Positions 27,356 to 36,587 of a stretch of DNA of 46,378 nucleotides are shown here, in pieces. The position numbers and the translations under genes were made by a program. The stretch lies in IMG/VR virus record IMGVR_UViG_3300033109_000079, positions 1 through 46,378 of that record; one strand, written 5' to 3'. The notes below the pieces were generated by a model that searched no databases, was not told the DNA's origin, and was given only the letters and a program-made list of their open reading frames with translations. The stretch is from a virus. Its lineage: Duplodnaviria > Caudoviricetes. The stretch's first letter is position 1. Each line of letters begins with the position of its first letter.

Positions 27356-30312
27356 GCCCCCCGCGACAGTTCGCGCAGCGCCTGCGCCAGTTGCATCGCC
27401 GTCTCGCGCGAGGACTGCACGGTGTGCGGTTTGCCACCGACGTGGAAGCGCAGGTCGACCACGTCGTGGGCCGGCGAGCTGTTGTCACCCGCCATCATCG
27501 CCATCTGGCTCACGGCATTGCCTACCGCCCCGCCAGCGGCGAAGCGTGGCATGGCGGGCAGGAATCCCGCGTTGAGCGAAGCGAAGAAGGCCTCGCCAAA
27601 CTTGCGCACGCTGGCTGCCCGGATGACGAACTCGCCGTGGGAGAGCAGCGCAGGCACCGAATCCGAGGTCTCGGTACCCGGCCCGAAGATGCGTCCCGAC
27701 ATTCGGCGAAACCCCTCGGCCACGGCCTGCCCGCCTTCCGCCAGCTTCTGGATCAAGCCACCCTGGGCATTGGTGTAGACCTTAGTGACGTAGATCGTGT
27801 GGGTGCTCGATGTCGGCCGCAGCAGTTCCGAAACAGCCGCCCGGTACTGATTCAGGTCGGGCTGCACGGTGTGGGTGGCTGAGGTCGGGGCCGACAAGAC
27901 CGTCTTGGCATCCAGGGCGAACGACGCCAGCTGCTGGCGGGGTTGATCAAAGGACACCAGCGCCGGGATTTCTACCTTGGCGCTGGAAAGCAGGCCCTTG
28001 AGCCGGTCGATGTCGGCAATGACCTGACTCGTGTCGGCCTCGACCTTGGCGAGCAGTTGCAGGTTGTCCGCGTCGGACTTGAGTTTCTCCAGAGAGGCTT
28101 GCGCCTCCTTGGTATCAGCCTGAATCTTGGCGACGAGCTGCTGTGCCTCGGTCAGCGCCTTGATTTTTTCGATGCCGGCCTTCGCGGCCTCGATGTCGAC
28201 CTCGAGCTTGAGTTTGTCCTGCGCGAGCAATTGGCTCCGCAGCTTGTCCAGTTCGTCGGACACCGAGGCGAGCGCACGTTTGGCTTCGTCGGCACCTTGG
28301 TTAGCTGCACTGGCTGCCTGTTTGTGCGCGTCGCCCAAACCCTTGAGCGCGGCATCGGCAATGCCGGCGGCCTCCTTGATTTCACCGATGGCAGTCGCCG
28401 CCGCCTGTCCCTCCGATACCACGGTCTGGGTAACTGTCTTGCCGTTCTGCTCGACTTGGCGAGTCACCGCCGAAGCGGTACGCTCGGCCAGGGCGATGGC
28501 TTCCTCGGCGAGTTTGCGGGCCTGCTCGTAGTTGCCGGCGGCGAGGGCCGCGCGCGCCTGCGCCTGTTTCTCGTCGATCTGACGCAGCCGATCCTGATAG
28601 GCCGCGTACTCGTCCATCCCTTTCCGGGACAGCTCGCGAATGCGATCCTCGACCGACAGGCGCAGGTTGAGCCGGGCCTCGTCGGCCGCCTTGGCCGCTT
28701 GCAGATGGCGCTGTTCCTCCGCAATCCGCCGGTCGACGGTGGCACGGTAGGCCGACTCCAGTTGGGAGTAGATGGCGATGCGCGCCTCGACCGCTTGCCG
28801 CTCGATGGCCTGCACGTCCTGGCCGGCAGCCCGGGCGAGCGCCACGGCCTGACCATAGGTCGCCTTCCAGGCCGACTCCATCTGCCGCGCTCCGGCTTCC
28901 ACCGCCGCGAGTTTCTCGCGCTCGGCAGCAAGCAGCGCTTGGGCCGATTCGCGGATCGCGGCCGACTCGGAGCGCGCGGCATTCTGCGCCGCCGCTTCCT
29001 GCCGCTTGTAGTTCGACTCGATCTCGGCGACGCGGGCATCCCAGATCGCCTTGATGTCGGCCGCCACCTGCTTGTAGCTGGCCGACAACTGTTTGACTGT
29101 CTCGGCCGCCTTCTTGGTCTCGGCATCGAGCGCCTGCCGGATCGCCTCGCCGGCTTGGGTGGCCGCGCCCTGAATGGCGCGCAACGCATCTGCCGTGCCA
29201 GGCAATGCCGCCTTGAGTCGTTCGGCGGCCTGCGCCGCCAGCATCATCTGGGTTTTGACGGAGAGCGTGCCGGTATTGGCCAGTTCCTCCATCGCGGCGG
29301 TCAGCTGTTCCAGTTGCTGGCGCTGCCGATTCATCTCGTCGATGGCGCGGTTGGTCTCGCGGATATCCTGCACCATATTGACGATGCCGCGCCCCATCTC
29401 CCAGACAGCCACAGCGGCGAGCACCGGCAGGAAGCGCATGAAGGCCGCCTTAAGTACCGCCAAGGCACTACCCAACGCAGCCACCGCCGCGACGCCCTTC
29501 ACGGCCAGCACAGCGACGATGATCTCGCCGAGTACCCGCAGCACGGCCATGATCTCCTCGCCGTGGGAGGCCAGTGCCACCAGAGCATCGGCCAGTTTCT
29601 GCAGGGCCGGCAGCGCAGCTTCCGCCACCTTCATGGCGATGCCGGACAGGGCCTGCCTCACCGTATCCAGGGTGTCGTTGAACTTCTCGGCGGCCTTGGC
29701 GGTGTCGCCACTGATCTCGAGGCCCAGTTCCTTGAACTTCTGCTTCAACTGCTCGATGCCGGCCCGCCCCTGGTTGAGGAATGGGATCAGCTCGACGCCG
29801 CTCTTGCCGAAGAGCTTGACGGCCAGCGCCGATTTCTCGGCCCCATCTGGCATCGCCGCGAAGGCATCGGCGAGGTCGAGTAGCACCTCCTCGGTCGGGC
29901 GCAGCTGGCCGGCGGCATCCTTGACCGAGACACCCAGCCGGCTGAATGCCTCGACCTGTTCCTTCGACCCGCCCGCCGCCTCGACCATCGCGGTCGCCAG
30001 CTTCTGCATCCCCTTGGCCAGTCCCTCCAGCGAAATGCCGGACTGCTCGGCGATGGGTTTCAGCAGCGACAGCGACTCGACCGAGATGCCGGTCTTCTGC
30101 GAGAGCTTGGAGAGGTTATCGGCGGTATCAAGGGCGGCCTTGCCGGCAGCGACCAGTGCACCGAGCGACAAGGCTGCTCCCAGGCCTGCCAGCACACCGT
30201 TGACCTTGCTCGCGGCGGTCGACAAACCTTCCAGGTTGCCCTTGACCGAGGCGAGCGCCGCCTTGGTCTGGTCGATGGCGGTGATGAGGATTTGGGCGCG
30301 GTCAGAGGCCAC
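27352..30312 (-). CDS. Tail tape measure protein
   Basis: 986 aa, Ala-rich and helical. N-terminal LSKLSQKTGISVESL...LFGKSG and C-terminal GPGTETSDSVPALLSHGEFVI. Confidence 0.92.
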   Translation of the reverse strand: MASDRAQILITAIDQTKAALASVKGNLEGLSTAASKVNGVLAGLGAALSLGALVAAGKAALDTADNLSKLSQKTGISVESLSLLKPIAEQSGISLEGLAKGMQKLATAMVEAAGGSKEQVEAFSRLGVSVKDAAGQLRPTEEVLLDLADAFAAMPDGAEKSALAVKLFGKSGVELIPFLNQGRAGIEQLKQKFKELGLEISGDTAKAAEKFNDTLDTVRQALSGIAMKVAEAALPALQKLADALVALASHGEEIMAVLRVLGEIIVAVLAVKGVAAVAALGSALAVLKAAFMRFLPVLAAVAVWEMGRGIVNMVQDIRETNRAIDEMNRQRQQLEQLTAAMEELANTGTLSVKTQMMLAAQAAERLKAALPGTADALRAIQGAATQAGEAIRQALDAETKKAAETVKQLSASYKQVAADIKAIWDARVAEIESNYKRQEAAAQNAARSESAAIRESAQALLAAEREKLAAVEAGARQMESAWKATYGQAVALARAAGQDVQAIERQAVEARIAIYSQLESAYRATVDRRIAEEQRHLQAAKAADEARLNLRLSVEDRIRELSRKGMDEYAAYQDRLRQIDEKQAQARAALAAGNYEQARKLAEEAIALAERTASAVTRQVEQNGKTVTQTVVSEGQAAATAIGEIKEAAGIADAALKGLGDAHKQAASAANQGADEAKRALASVSDELDKLRSQLLAQDKLKLEVDIEAAKAGIEKIKALTEAQQLVAKIQADTKEAQASLEKLKSDADNLQLLAKVEADTSQVIADIDRLKGLLSSAKVEIPALVSFDQPRQQLASFALDAKTVLSAPTSATHTVQPDLNQYRAAVSELLRPTSSTHTIYVTKVYTNAQGGLIQKLAEGGQAVAEGFRRMSGRIFGPGTETSDSVPALLSHGEFVIRAASVRKFGEAFFASLNAGFLPAMPRFAAGGAVGNAVSQMAMMAGDNSSPAHDVVDLRFHVGGKPHTVQSSRETAMQLAQALRELSRGA

Positions 30313-30315
30313 GGG

Positions 30316-30969
30316 TTACAAACCTTGTGCGTTGAGTTGTTGCAGGATCGCGGTGGAGAGCTTGGGCATTTGCGAGCGCACGAGCCCCGGCAGATCGAAA
30401 CGGCCGCGCAGTGTCACGCTCGGCACCAGCACGGCGATGGGAATTTCCTGTCCGCGCCTGATGGACTTCGCACCTGTGCGCCCCCGTTCAGCCCGTTTGA
30501 AGCGGCGCAGCTCGGCGGTGTTGTCCTTGATGTTCTCGGCCATCAGGATCACCTTGCCGTTCTTCTCGATGAAGAAGGCATTGCCGGCGCGCATCAGGCC
30601 ATCGACCACGCGGCGGAACGCCTTGCGCCCGATACGCTGGTGCTCGGGTAGCAAGGGGATCAGCATTCGCCCGCCGATGCTGCCGCCCCGAACGTGGATG
30701 CCCAGCCACGAGATGCGTGAGCCGACCAGCAGCGCCGGAAATTTCTCGGGGCTGCCGGCGTAGAGCTTGTGGCGCATCGACTTCACGAAGCCGGCTTTCC
30801 TCACCTTGAAGACCGACTGCATCCGGGACTGAGCCGACTGGGCGATCTCCTTGCCGGCGGTTTTCATCCCGGCTTCGACCGCCTTGCGGATCGCCCGGCG
30901 CTTCTCCGGCACCCAGCTGTCGAGCCGCTTCGGGTCAAGCAGGCCTGAGGTGGTGAGCGAGAGTTTCAT
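30316..30969 (-). CDS. DUF6441-like basic phage protein (neck/tail-completion-like)
   Basis: 217 aa, Arg/Lys-rich, with EIPIAVLVPSVTLRGRFDL. Confidence 0.6.
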   Translation of the reverse strand: MKLSLTTSGLLDPKRLDSWVPEKRRAIRKAVEAGMKTAGKEIAQSAQSRMQSVFKVRKAGFVKSMRHKLYAGSPEKFPALLVGSRISWLGIHVRGGSIGGRMLIPLLPEHQRIGRKAFRRVVDGLMRAGNAFFIEKNGKVILMAENIKDNTAELRRFKRAERGRTGAKSIRRGQEIPIAVLVPSVTLRGRFDLPGLVRSQMPKLSTAILQQLNAQGL

Positions 30970-31238
30970 CGAGAGAGTTCCTTCAGCAGCTGTTTGATCT
31001 CGGCGCTGCCGCCGCGTTGGGCAGTAACCAGCAAGGCGAACTGCGCCGCCAGATCGTCGCGTTCATCACGATCGATGGCCGCGAGAAACGCCCGCAGCTG
31101 CGCGATCGTGTAGGTCAGGACGTCTGGGTAACGGTGGCCGGATCGGATGAGCCGCTGGATGGCATCTGACCAGGGATCAGCGTGCCGAGGGTTTGGCTCA
31201 CCCGCGTGATTTCCGGCACCACGCGGCGGATAAAAAAA
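30966..31238 (-). CDS. Tail assembly chaperone T-like frame, probably expressed by -1 frameshift from the upstream gene
   Basis: Open frame (-1 relative to 31115-31546) encoding WSDAIQRLIRSGHRYPDVLTYTIAQLRAFL. It has no convincing start of its own and its stop overlaps the next ATG. Confidence 0.6.
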   Translation of the reverse strand, partial: FFYPPRGAGNHAGEPNPRHADPWSDAIQRLIRSGHRYPDVLTYTIAQLRAFLAAIDRDERDDLAAQFALLVTAQRGGSAEIKQLLKELSR

Positions 31239-31546
31239 TCCGCGTTCGCCCCGAACACCGCCTCGGCAAGGCGGATCGCGTCGTCCAGGGCCAGGCCCGA
31301 CACCCACTCCGGCGGACGGCGACAGGCGATGGCCAGCGCCAGGATCACCGACTCGCCGTCCTCGGACAGCAGGCGCAGCCAGTCGGGATCGGGGCCGAGC
31401 TTCCCGGCGATGGGACGGACGGTGCGGGCGAAGATCGGCAGTTCGCCGACCTTGAGGGGCGTGATGTCGAGCGTCTCACCGCCGATGACCAGGGATTCAG
31501 GCACCGGCGGCAGCGCCGCGAAGACGTTCTCGGTCATGGCGATCAC
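31115..31546 (-). CDS. Tail assembly chaperone (gpG-like)
   Basis: Follows the tail tube gene. Contains ITPLKVGELP...ANADFFIRRV. Confidence 0.75.
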   Translation of the reverse strand: MIAMTENVFAALPPVPESLVIGGETLDITPLKVGELPIFARTVRPIAGKLGPDPDWLRLLSEDGESVILALAIACRRPPEWVSGLALDDAIRLAEAVFGANADFFIRRVVPEITRVSQTLGTLIPGQMPSSGSSDPATVTQTS

Positions 31547-32298
31547 CCGAGCTGGACGATGCGGCCGAACTGGCCCAGCACCGCGTCGTAGGGTTTCGTC
31601 GAATCCGCCAGCAGCGAGCCTTCCAATTCGAACTTGTTGAGGTCGTTCGAGATGATGTCGAACTTCTTCAACGGGTCGAACGCTACGCGGTAGAGTTCGA
31701 TCAGTACCTTGGCGTTGCCAGCTGCGGTGTTCACCCCTTCAAGGCGCAGGAAGCGCTCCGGCAGCGGCTGCGTGAAGATGCCGATCTCCGTCACTGCACC
31801 GAAGGTATAGCTCGCCTTGAACGGGGCGGTGAGGCCGGTGACGTCAAGAAACTGAATGGCACCGAAGTCCCCATCAGCGGTGTAGTGCGTGCCTGCCGTC
31901 AGGGTCGCCGGCGTGCCGGCGGAATCCACCACGGTCAGGGCCGAAACCTTCGGGTGCGCGAGGAAGTAGCGGTCGCCGATCACAGGTGCCGCCCCGCCGA
32001 CCGGCTCGTCTGTGACGCTGCCGCCGGCATCGGTGACATGGCTGCCGTAGAGTGCGAGCGACAGGTTCTCCTTGGTGAACTCCTCGATGGTGAGCGCGAC
32101 TGTGGCGGATTTCTGCTTGACCAGGCGCAGGTCGACCGCGCGCTGGCCGGTCTGGCTCTCGTAGTGCTCGATCACGTCGGTCTTGAGCGAGAGCGACAGA
32201 TCGGCGACGTTGCCCGGCGAACGGACGTTGATCGGCTCGCCATTGGTGTTGCGTTCGCCGAGATAGACCCGGCCTTGGAACGAAGCGTAGTAGGACAT
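31543..32298 (-). CDS. Major tail tube protein
   Basis: 251 aa: YASFQGRVYLG...GNV..LSLSL....EHYESQTGQR...LRLEGVNTA...FELEGSLLAD. Expected position in the module. Confidence 0.8.
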   Translation of the reverse strand: MSYYASFQGRVYLGERNTNGEPINVRSPGNVADLSLSLKTDVIEHYESQTGQRAVDLRLVKQKSATVALTIEEFTKENLSLALYGSHVTDAGGSVTDEPVGGAAPVIGDRYFLAHPKVSALTVVDSAGTPATLTAGTHYTADGDFGAIQFLDVTGLTAPFKASYTFGAVTEIGIFTQPLPERFLRLEGVNTAAGNAKVLIELYRVAFDPLKKFDIISNDLNKFELEGSLLADSTKPYDAVLGQFGRIVQLG

Positions 32299-32304
32299 GA
32301 TGGG

Positions 32305-32502
32305 TTACTCCTTGAGGGTCTTGGCAGCCTTCACCGAGGCATCGGGGGCATCCGGTGCCGGCTCGGGGCGATGGCTGGCCGGTTCGCCGATTTGGTGGTC
32401 GGTCAGCCAGCGGGCGGTGTGTTCGTCCACGTCAATGACGTGTCCGGCGGGATAGGCCACTCCGGCATGGGTGTGGGTGACCTTGAGCTTCAGCTTGGGC
32501 AT
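32305..32502 (-). CDS. Small phage protein (DUF7210-like, 65 aa)
   Basis: MPKLKLKVTHTHAGVAYPAGHVIDVDEHTARWL. The ATG at 32502 follows AAGGAGG. Confidence 0.7.
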   Translation of the reverse strand: MPKLKLKVTHTHAGVAYPAGHVIDVDEHTARWLTDHQIGEPASHRPEPAPDAPDASVKAAKTLKE

Positions 32503-32503
32503 G

Positions 32504-32935
32504 TCAGCCTCCTTGAGAGATGTCGGAAACGAGGGTGCGGTAAGTGATGCGGTAGTACGCAGGGATGGCAATGGCCTCGACATCGGCGTCTTCCGCCTGA
32601 TAGTCGGCGTCCATCTCGGCGACATTCAGCGCCAGGCCGCAGAGGGTGGCGTCCAGCAGCAACGCGGAATGCGCGCGGCAAAGCAGATTGTCGGCGACGG
32701 CGTAACCATCGGTCGGATCGCGAGCATGTCCGATGATGCGCAAGACGAGCTCGCGCTCCACGCGGTCATTGCTTCGCTTCACCGGGGCGTCGGAAGCGAC
32801 GCTCACGACAAGGGCCGGCGCCTGTTCGCGAGTGATAGCCGTGACGGGTTGGCGCAGTACGGTGACGGGCGCAATTGCCGCCTGACAACGCGCCATCACT
32901 TCACGAACGATCTGCTCGCGCCTGGATTGGGGCAT
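32504..32935 (-). CDS. Putative tail terminator protein
   Basis: MPQSRREQIV...PALVV...YRITYRT, located before the tail tube gene. Start set at ATG 32935 after GGAG. Confidence 0.65.
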   Translation of the reverse strand: MPQSRREQIVREVMARCQAAIAPVTVLRQPVTAITREQAPALVVSVASDAPVKRSNDRVERELVLRIIGHARDPTDGYAVADNLLCRAHSALLLDATLCGLALNVAEMDADYQAEDADVEAIAIPAYYRITYRTLVSDISQGG

Positions 32936-32976
32936 AGGGACTCCGATAAAATGGAACCGATAAAGGGAGATGCTGT

Positions 32977-33612
32977 TTGGCAACGCAAACCAAAACCAGG
33001 AAACACCGCAGCAGTCAGTCAACGCCCGACCACTACGTCCTGCGCGTCGAACTCATGGGCATCCAGCCGCCCATCTGGCGCCGTATCCACCTCGATGGCC
33101 GCACGCGGCTCGATGCCCTGCATCACATCCTTCAGGCCGCCATGGGCTGGTCCGACTCCCACCTGCACAAGTTCGAGATACGCGGCAAGCATTACGGTGT
33201 TCCGGATCCCGAGTTCACCGACCCCGGTTGGGAAGTGCTCGACGAGAAGAAGTACCGCCTCAACCAACTGCTGGCCGAGGGCGATACCTGCGACTACCTG
33301 TACGACTTCGGCGATAGCTGGATGCACCGCATCACGGTCGAGGCGATCAAGGACGTCAAGCCGAGTCCAAGCGACGGCGGCTTTGCTTGGGTCGAGGCGG
33401 GCGAGCGCGCCTGCCCGCCCGACGATGCAGGCGGTTCAGGCGGCTACCAGGCCTTTCTCGATCAGCTTGAGGACGACCCCTACGGCGACGAAACCAAGGC
33501 CTTCCAGGAGTGGGCCGGACTGGATTTCGATCCGGAGCGCTTCGACCGTCAGGCCGTGAATGCCACCATCAGTCGCATGCTCTGGAATCGCTGGATCAAG
33601 ATCGGCCCCTGA
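32977..33612 (+). CDS. Plasmid pRiA4b ORF-3 family protein (moron, opposite strand)
   Basis: LRVELMGIQPPIWRRI...LHHILQAAMGWSDSHLHKF...YLYDFGDSWMHRI...GERACPPDDAGG. Confidence 0.88.
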   Translation: MATQTKTRKHRSSQSTPDHYVLRVELMGIQPPIWRRIHLDGRTRLDALHHILQAAMGWSDSHLHKFEIRGKHYGVPDPEFTDPGWEVLDEKKYRLNQLLAEGDTCDYLYDFGDSWMHRITVEAIKDVKPSPSDGGFAWVEAGERACPPDDAGGSGGYQAFLDQLEDDPYGDETKAFQEWAGLDFDPERFDRQAVNATISRMLWNRWIKIGP

Positions 33613-33617
33613 TCGGC

Positions 33618-33899
33618 TCACAGCCGAGCCAGACGCGCCCGGCACTCGTTTCCGTCCCGCAAGGCAATCACTTCCCGCACGCGGTAGGGCTGCCCTGCGA
33701 TCTCGACCGTGTCCCCGACGACGAGCAGCAGGCGCTCGGTCGGGAATTCGATCTCGTAATCGCGGGAGAGCGCCAGGCCATCGAGCACCGTCTCGTCGGG
33801 TGCGCGGAAGCCGCACTCGACGATCAGGGCGCCGACCTTGACGGGGGTGAGCAGTCCGGCGCGGGCGGCCGCGTCGTACAGATCAGCCACGCCGACCAT
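33618..33899 (-). CDS. Head-tail joining (closure) protein
   Basis: 93 aa directly after the capsid gene (TGATG overlap), containing GDTVEIAGQPYRVREV...DG.E.RARL. Confidence 0.7.
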   Translation of the reverse strand: MVGVADLYDAAARAGLLTPVKVGALIVECGFRAPDETVLDGLALSRDYEIEFPTERLLLVVGDTVEIAGQPYRVREVIALRDGNECRARLARL

Positions 33900-34903
33900 C
33901 AGGCGCTCGTCAGCTTCACCAGCACACCGGGGCGATGGCACATCGGCAGCGGATTGGACTGCGTATGCAGATCCGTGCCGCGCTCGAACTTCCTCGGTTC
34001 CTGCTTGGCATAGAGCGGCTGGCCGAGGGTGTTGACCGTCTCGTTGAAGTCCGCCGGGGCCAAGTAGGTGCCGAAGGTGTCGACCGTGCCAAGCGGGAAG
34101 GCGTGAGCCTCGCCCGGGGCGATGAACTTGCGCACCGTACCGTTGATGTCGCTCGCCTGGCCGCGATACTCCTCGAAGGTGATGCCGCCGAAGGTAAAGC
34201 CGGAGCGCACGTCGTTGATCAGGATTGCCCCTTGCTGCCAGTTGGTATAAGCCTCCTTGACCGCCTTATGGGTGGTGAGCGCCCGGAAAAACTGAGGCGA
34301 GCAGAGCACGTGGACATCGGTCATGAACTCGCCCTTGAGGTTGTCCTCGATTTCGGCGAGCACGTCGTAGCAGTGGCCCTTGATGTCGCTGTTGGCGTTG
34401 GCAAGATCGAAGTTGATCGACGTCTGGGAGAGGCCGAACTCGGTGTAGAGGTCGTAGATGGTGCTGCCGTCGGCATCAAGGATTTGGCCCTTGAGCGCAC
34501 CCATGCGCAGGTGTTCGAGGGTGATGGCGTGCTTGTTGCGCATGGTTTCCAGGTGGCGCGCCATCACGCCGGCAATCGCCTCCATCTCGGTTTCGGAGCC
34601 GAAGGCACGGATGCCATGCACCTCTTCCGGCAGCACGACGTCGTCGTGCGGGATGTGCGGGATGACGAAGGAGCGCAGGGTGCGGGTGCCGCGCTCGCCC
34701 ACGGTGCCCGGCGAGCCAGGCGGTTTCGTCGGCAGGAGGTTCAGCCGCCCGGCGTACTCTTCGACGATGATCTGCCGGGTGCGCACCGGCTTGGCCGGAA
34801 AGAGTCCCAACTGCTCAATGCGGCCGTAGCGGTTGGGGATGAGGTTGATGGCCGTGGTGAGGCTCGCCATCGAGAAACCGGGGTTTTCGAACGGGTTTTG
34901 CAT
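33899..34903 (-). CDS. Major capsid protein (lambda gpE family)
   Basis: 334 aa: FSMASLTTAIN...HIPHDDVVLPEEV...TLEHLRMGALKG...TQSNPLPMCHRPGVLVK. Confidence 0.93.
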   Translation of the reverse strand: MQNPFENPGFSMASLTTAINLIPNRYGRIEQLGLFPAKPVRTRQIIVEEYAGRLNLLPTKPPGSPGTVGERGTRTLRSFVIPHIPHDDVVLPEEVHGIRAFGSETEMEAIAGVMARHLETMRNKHAITLEHLRMGALKGQILDADGSTIYDLYTEFGLSQTSINFDLANANSDIKGHCYDVLAEIEDNLKGEFMTDVHVLCSPQFFRALTTHKAVKEAYTNWQQGAILINDVRSGFTFGGITFEEYRGQASDINGTVRKFIAPGEAHAFPLGTVDTFGTYLAPADFNETVNTLGQPLYAKQEPRKFERGTDLHTQSNPLPMCHRPGVLVKLTSA

Positions 34904-34914
34904 TTTGGATCTCC

Positions 34915-34947
34915 AAAAAACGAAACCCGCCGTGTGGCGGGTTTTCG
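34915..34947 (-). terminator. Terminator-like hairpin between decoration and capsid genes
   Basis: Minus strand reads CGAAAACCCGCC-ACAC-GGCGGGTTTCG-TTTTTT, immediately before the capsid RBS. Confidence 0.6.
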
Positions 34948-34967
34948 GGGGGGATGAGAGGGGCTGC

Positions 34968-35345
34968 TTACGCTGCGTCGCGCACCAGGATGCCGAGCGC
35001 CACGAGTTGCGCTTCGGCGACGACCTTCTGCGGGGCAGTGATGCCGGCCGGCCAGATCAGGGCGTTGCGCGCGACGATGGCGTGACGGGCCACCGCGATG
35101 GCGTCATCGCGATCGATCAGGGTCGCGTCGGTGTCTATGGCCAGCACGCTCACGGCGGTTTCGGTGCCATCGGTTGCAGCCGGTGCCAGGGCGTACAGCT
35201 TGCCGTCAGCGGTTTTCCTGCCGAGCACGGTACCGAGTTGCAGGTTCTGTCCGGCGGCGACCGTCGCGGCCTCGCGGGAATAGAGATTCGGTGCCTCGTA
35301 CTTCAGGAGGTCGCCGAGGTTCTTGCTCTGGGTGATTGAGGGCAT
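34968..35345 (-). CDS. Head decoration protein (gpD-like)
   Basis: 125 aa between protease and capsid: LGDLLKYEAPNLYSRE...GQNLQLGTVLG...ALIWP. Confidence 0.85.
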   Translation of the reverse strand: MPSITQSKNLGDLLKYEAPNLYSREAATVAAGQNLQLGTVLGRKTADGKLYALAPAATDGTETAVSVLAIDTDATLIDRDDAIAVARHAIVARNALIWPAGITAPQKVVAEAQLVALGILVRDAA

Positions 35346-35348
35346 GTC

Positions 35349-36584
35349 TTACTCCTTGTGGATGAGTTTCTTGACGGCGGCGACCACGGGTGATGCCTCG
35401 GGGCGCTCGGGGGCTTCGGTGCCGGCTTCCGGCGTGATGGTGGAATGGATGGGCGTGGCCTCGGATCGTGCGGCCTTGGCATCACAGAGCACTCGGCGCA
35501 CATCCGCTTCGCTCTTGCCGTCCGCAATGAAGGCGGCAGCCTTGTCGGGGCAGCCGGCGATCAGACACAACTCGGCGATGGCCTGAGCGGATTGGGTAAC
35601 TTCGCGGCGGGCCTCGGCAACCAGGACGGCTGCCTGATCAACGCCGATCATTTCGATTTGGGTTTCTTCGAGAGACATGTCGTTCTCCTGTAGGTGCGTC
35701 GCCCCGGGTCGTGCAACTGCCCGAGTCGGGGGCGCCTTGCGGCCTCGGGAGCTGAGGTAAATCGAGAATTCAGTGAGCGTTGCCTCCAGCGTGCCGACGG
35801 CATCGGCCAGACCGGCCGCCGTTGCGTTCGGGCCGAAGTAGAGAGCGGCCTCGGTGGCGCGTACCGCCATCTCCGGCAATCCGCGCATGGCGGCCACGTG
35901 GCTGACGAAGATGTCGTAGAGGCGATCGACCTCGGCCTGGAGTTCGCCTTTCGCGGTATCGGTGAGCGGCTCGTGGGGAGAGAAGTCGTTCTTGTGCCGG
36001 CCCGCCGTGATCGCGGTGTAGCGGTAGCCTTCGTTGGCGTCCTTCACCGACTGATCGATGTGCAGTGCGATCACGCCGATCGAGCCGACACCACCTGTTT
36101 CGGTGACGACGACACGTTCGGCAGACGATGCGATGGCGTAGGCTGCCGAGAAGGCAGCGTCGTTGGCTACCGCCCAGATGGGTTTTACGGCGGTGGCCTC
36201 GCGCACGCGGCGGGCGAGTTCGAAGCTGCCCGATGCCTCGCCGCCCGGCGAATCGACATCCAGCAGAATGCCGGTGACACTGAGGTCGGCTAGCGCCGCA
36301 TCGAGCATCGCGCCGATGTCCTGGTAGCTCGTGAGCCCCGAGGCCGCCTCCAACCCCAAGGTGCGCTTCACCAGCGTGCCGTGGATTGGGATCACGGCGA
36401 TGCCGACGGCACCTTGCATGTTCGGACGGGTTGCGGGTACTGCCGCCAGCAGTTCCTTGGCATCGGCAGGGATCGGGCTGTCGATCCCCAATCGTGGCCC
36501 GAGGGCGGACAGGATCACGTCGAGCTTGGCGCGATGGACGAGCAACGGCGTCCCGAAGATGCGGGAGGCGAGATGTGGCAGCAT
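35349..36584 (-). CDS. S49-family capsid maturation protease (gpC-like, with C-terminal scaffold region)
   Basis: IAVIPIHGTL, LLDVDSPGGE, AFSAAYAIASSA and GGVGSIGV. Confidence 0.9.
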   Translation of the reverse strand: MLPHLASRIFGTPLLVHRAKLDVILSALGPRLGIDSPIPADAKELLAAVPATRPNMQGAVGIAVIPIHGTLVKRTLGLEAASGLTSYQDIGAMLDAALADLSVTGILLDVDSPGGEASGSFELARRVREATAVKPIWAVANDAAFSAAYAIASSAERVVVTETGGVGSIGVIALHIDQSVKDANEGYRYTAITAGRHKNDFSPHEPLTDTAKGELQAEVDRLYDIFVSHVAAMRGLPEMAVRATEAALYFGPNATAAGLADAVGTLEATLTEFSIYLSSRGRKAPPTRAVARPGATHLQENDMSLEETQIEMIGVDQAAVLVAEARREVTQSAQAIAELCLIAGCPDKAAAFIADGKSEADVRRVLCDAKAARSEATPIHSTITPEAGTEAPERPEASPVVAAVKKLIHKE

Positions 36585-36587
36585 GAA

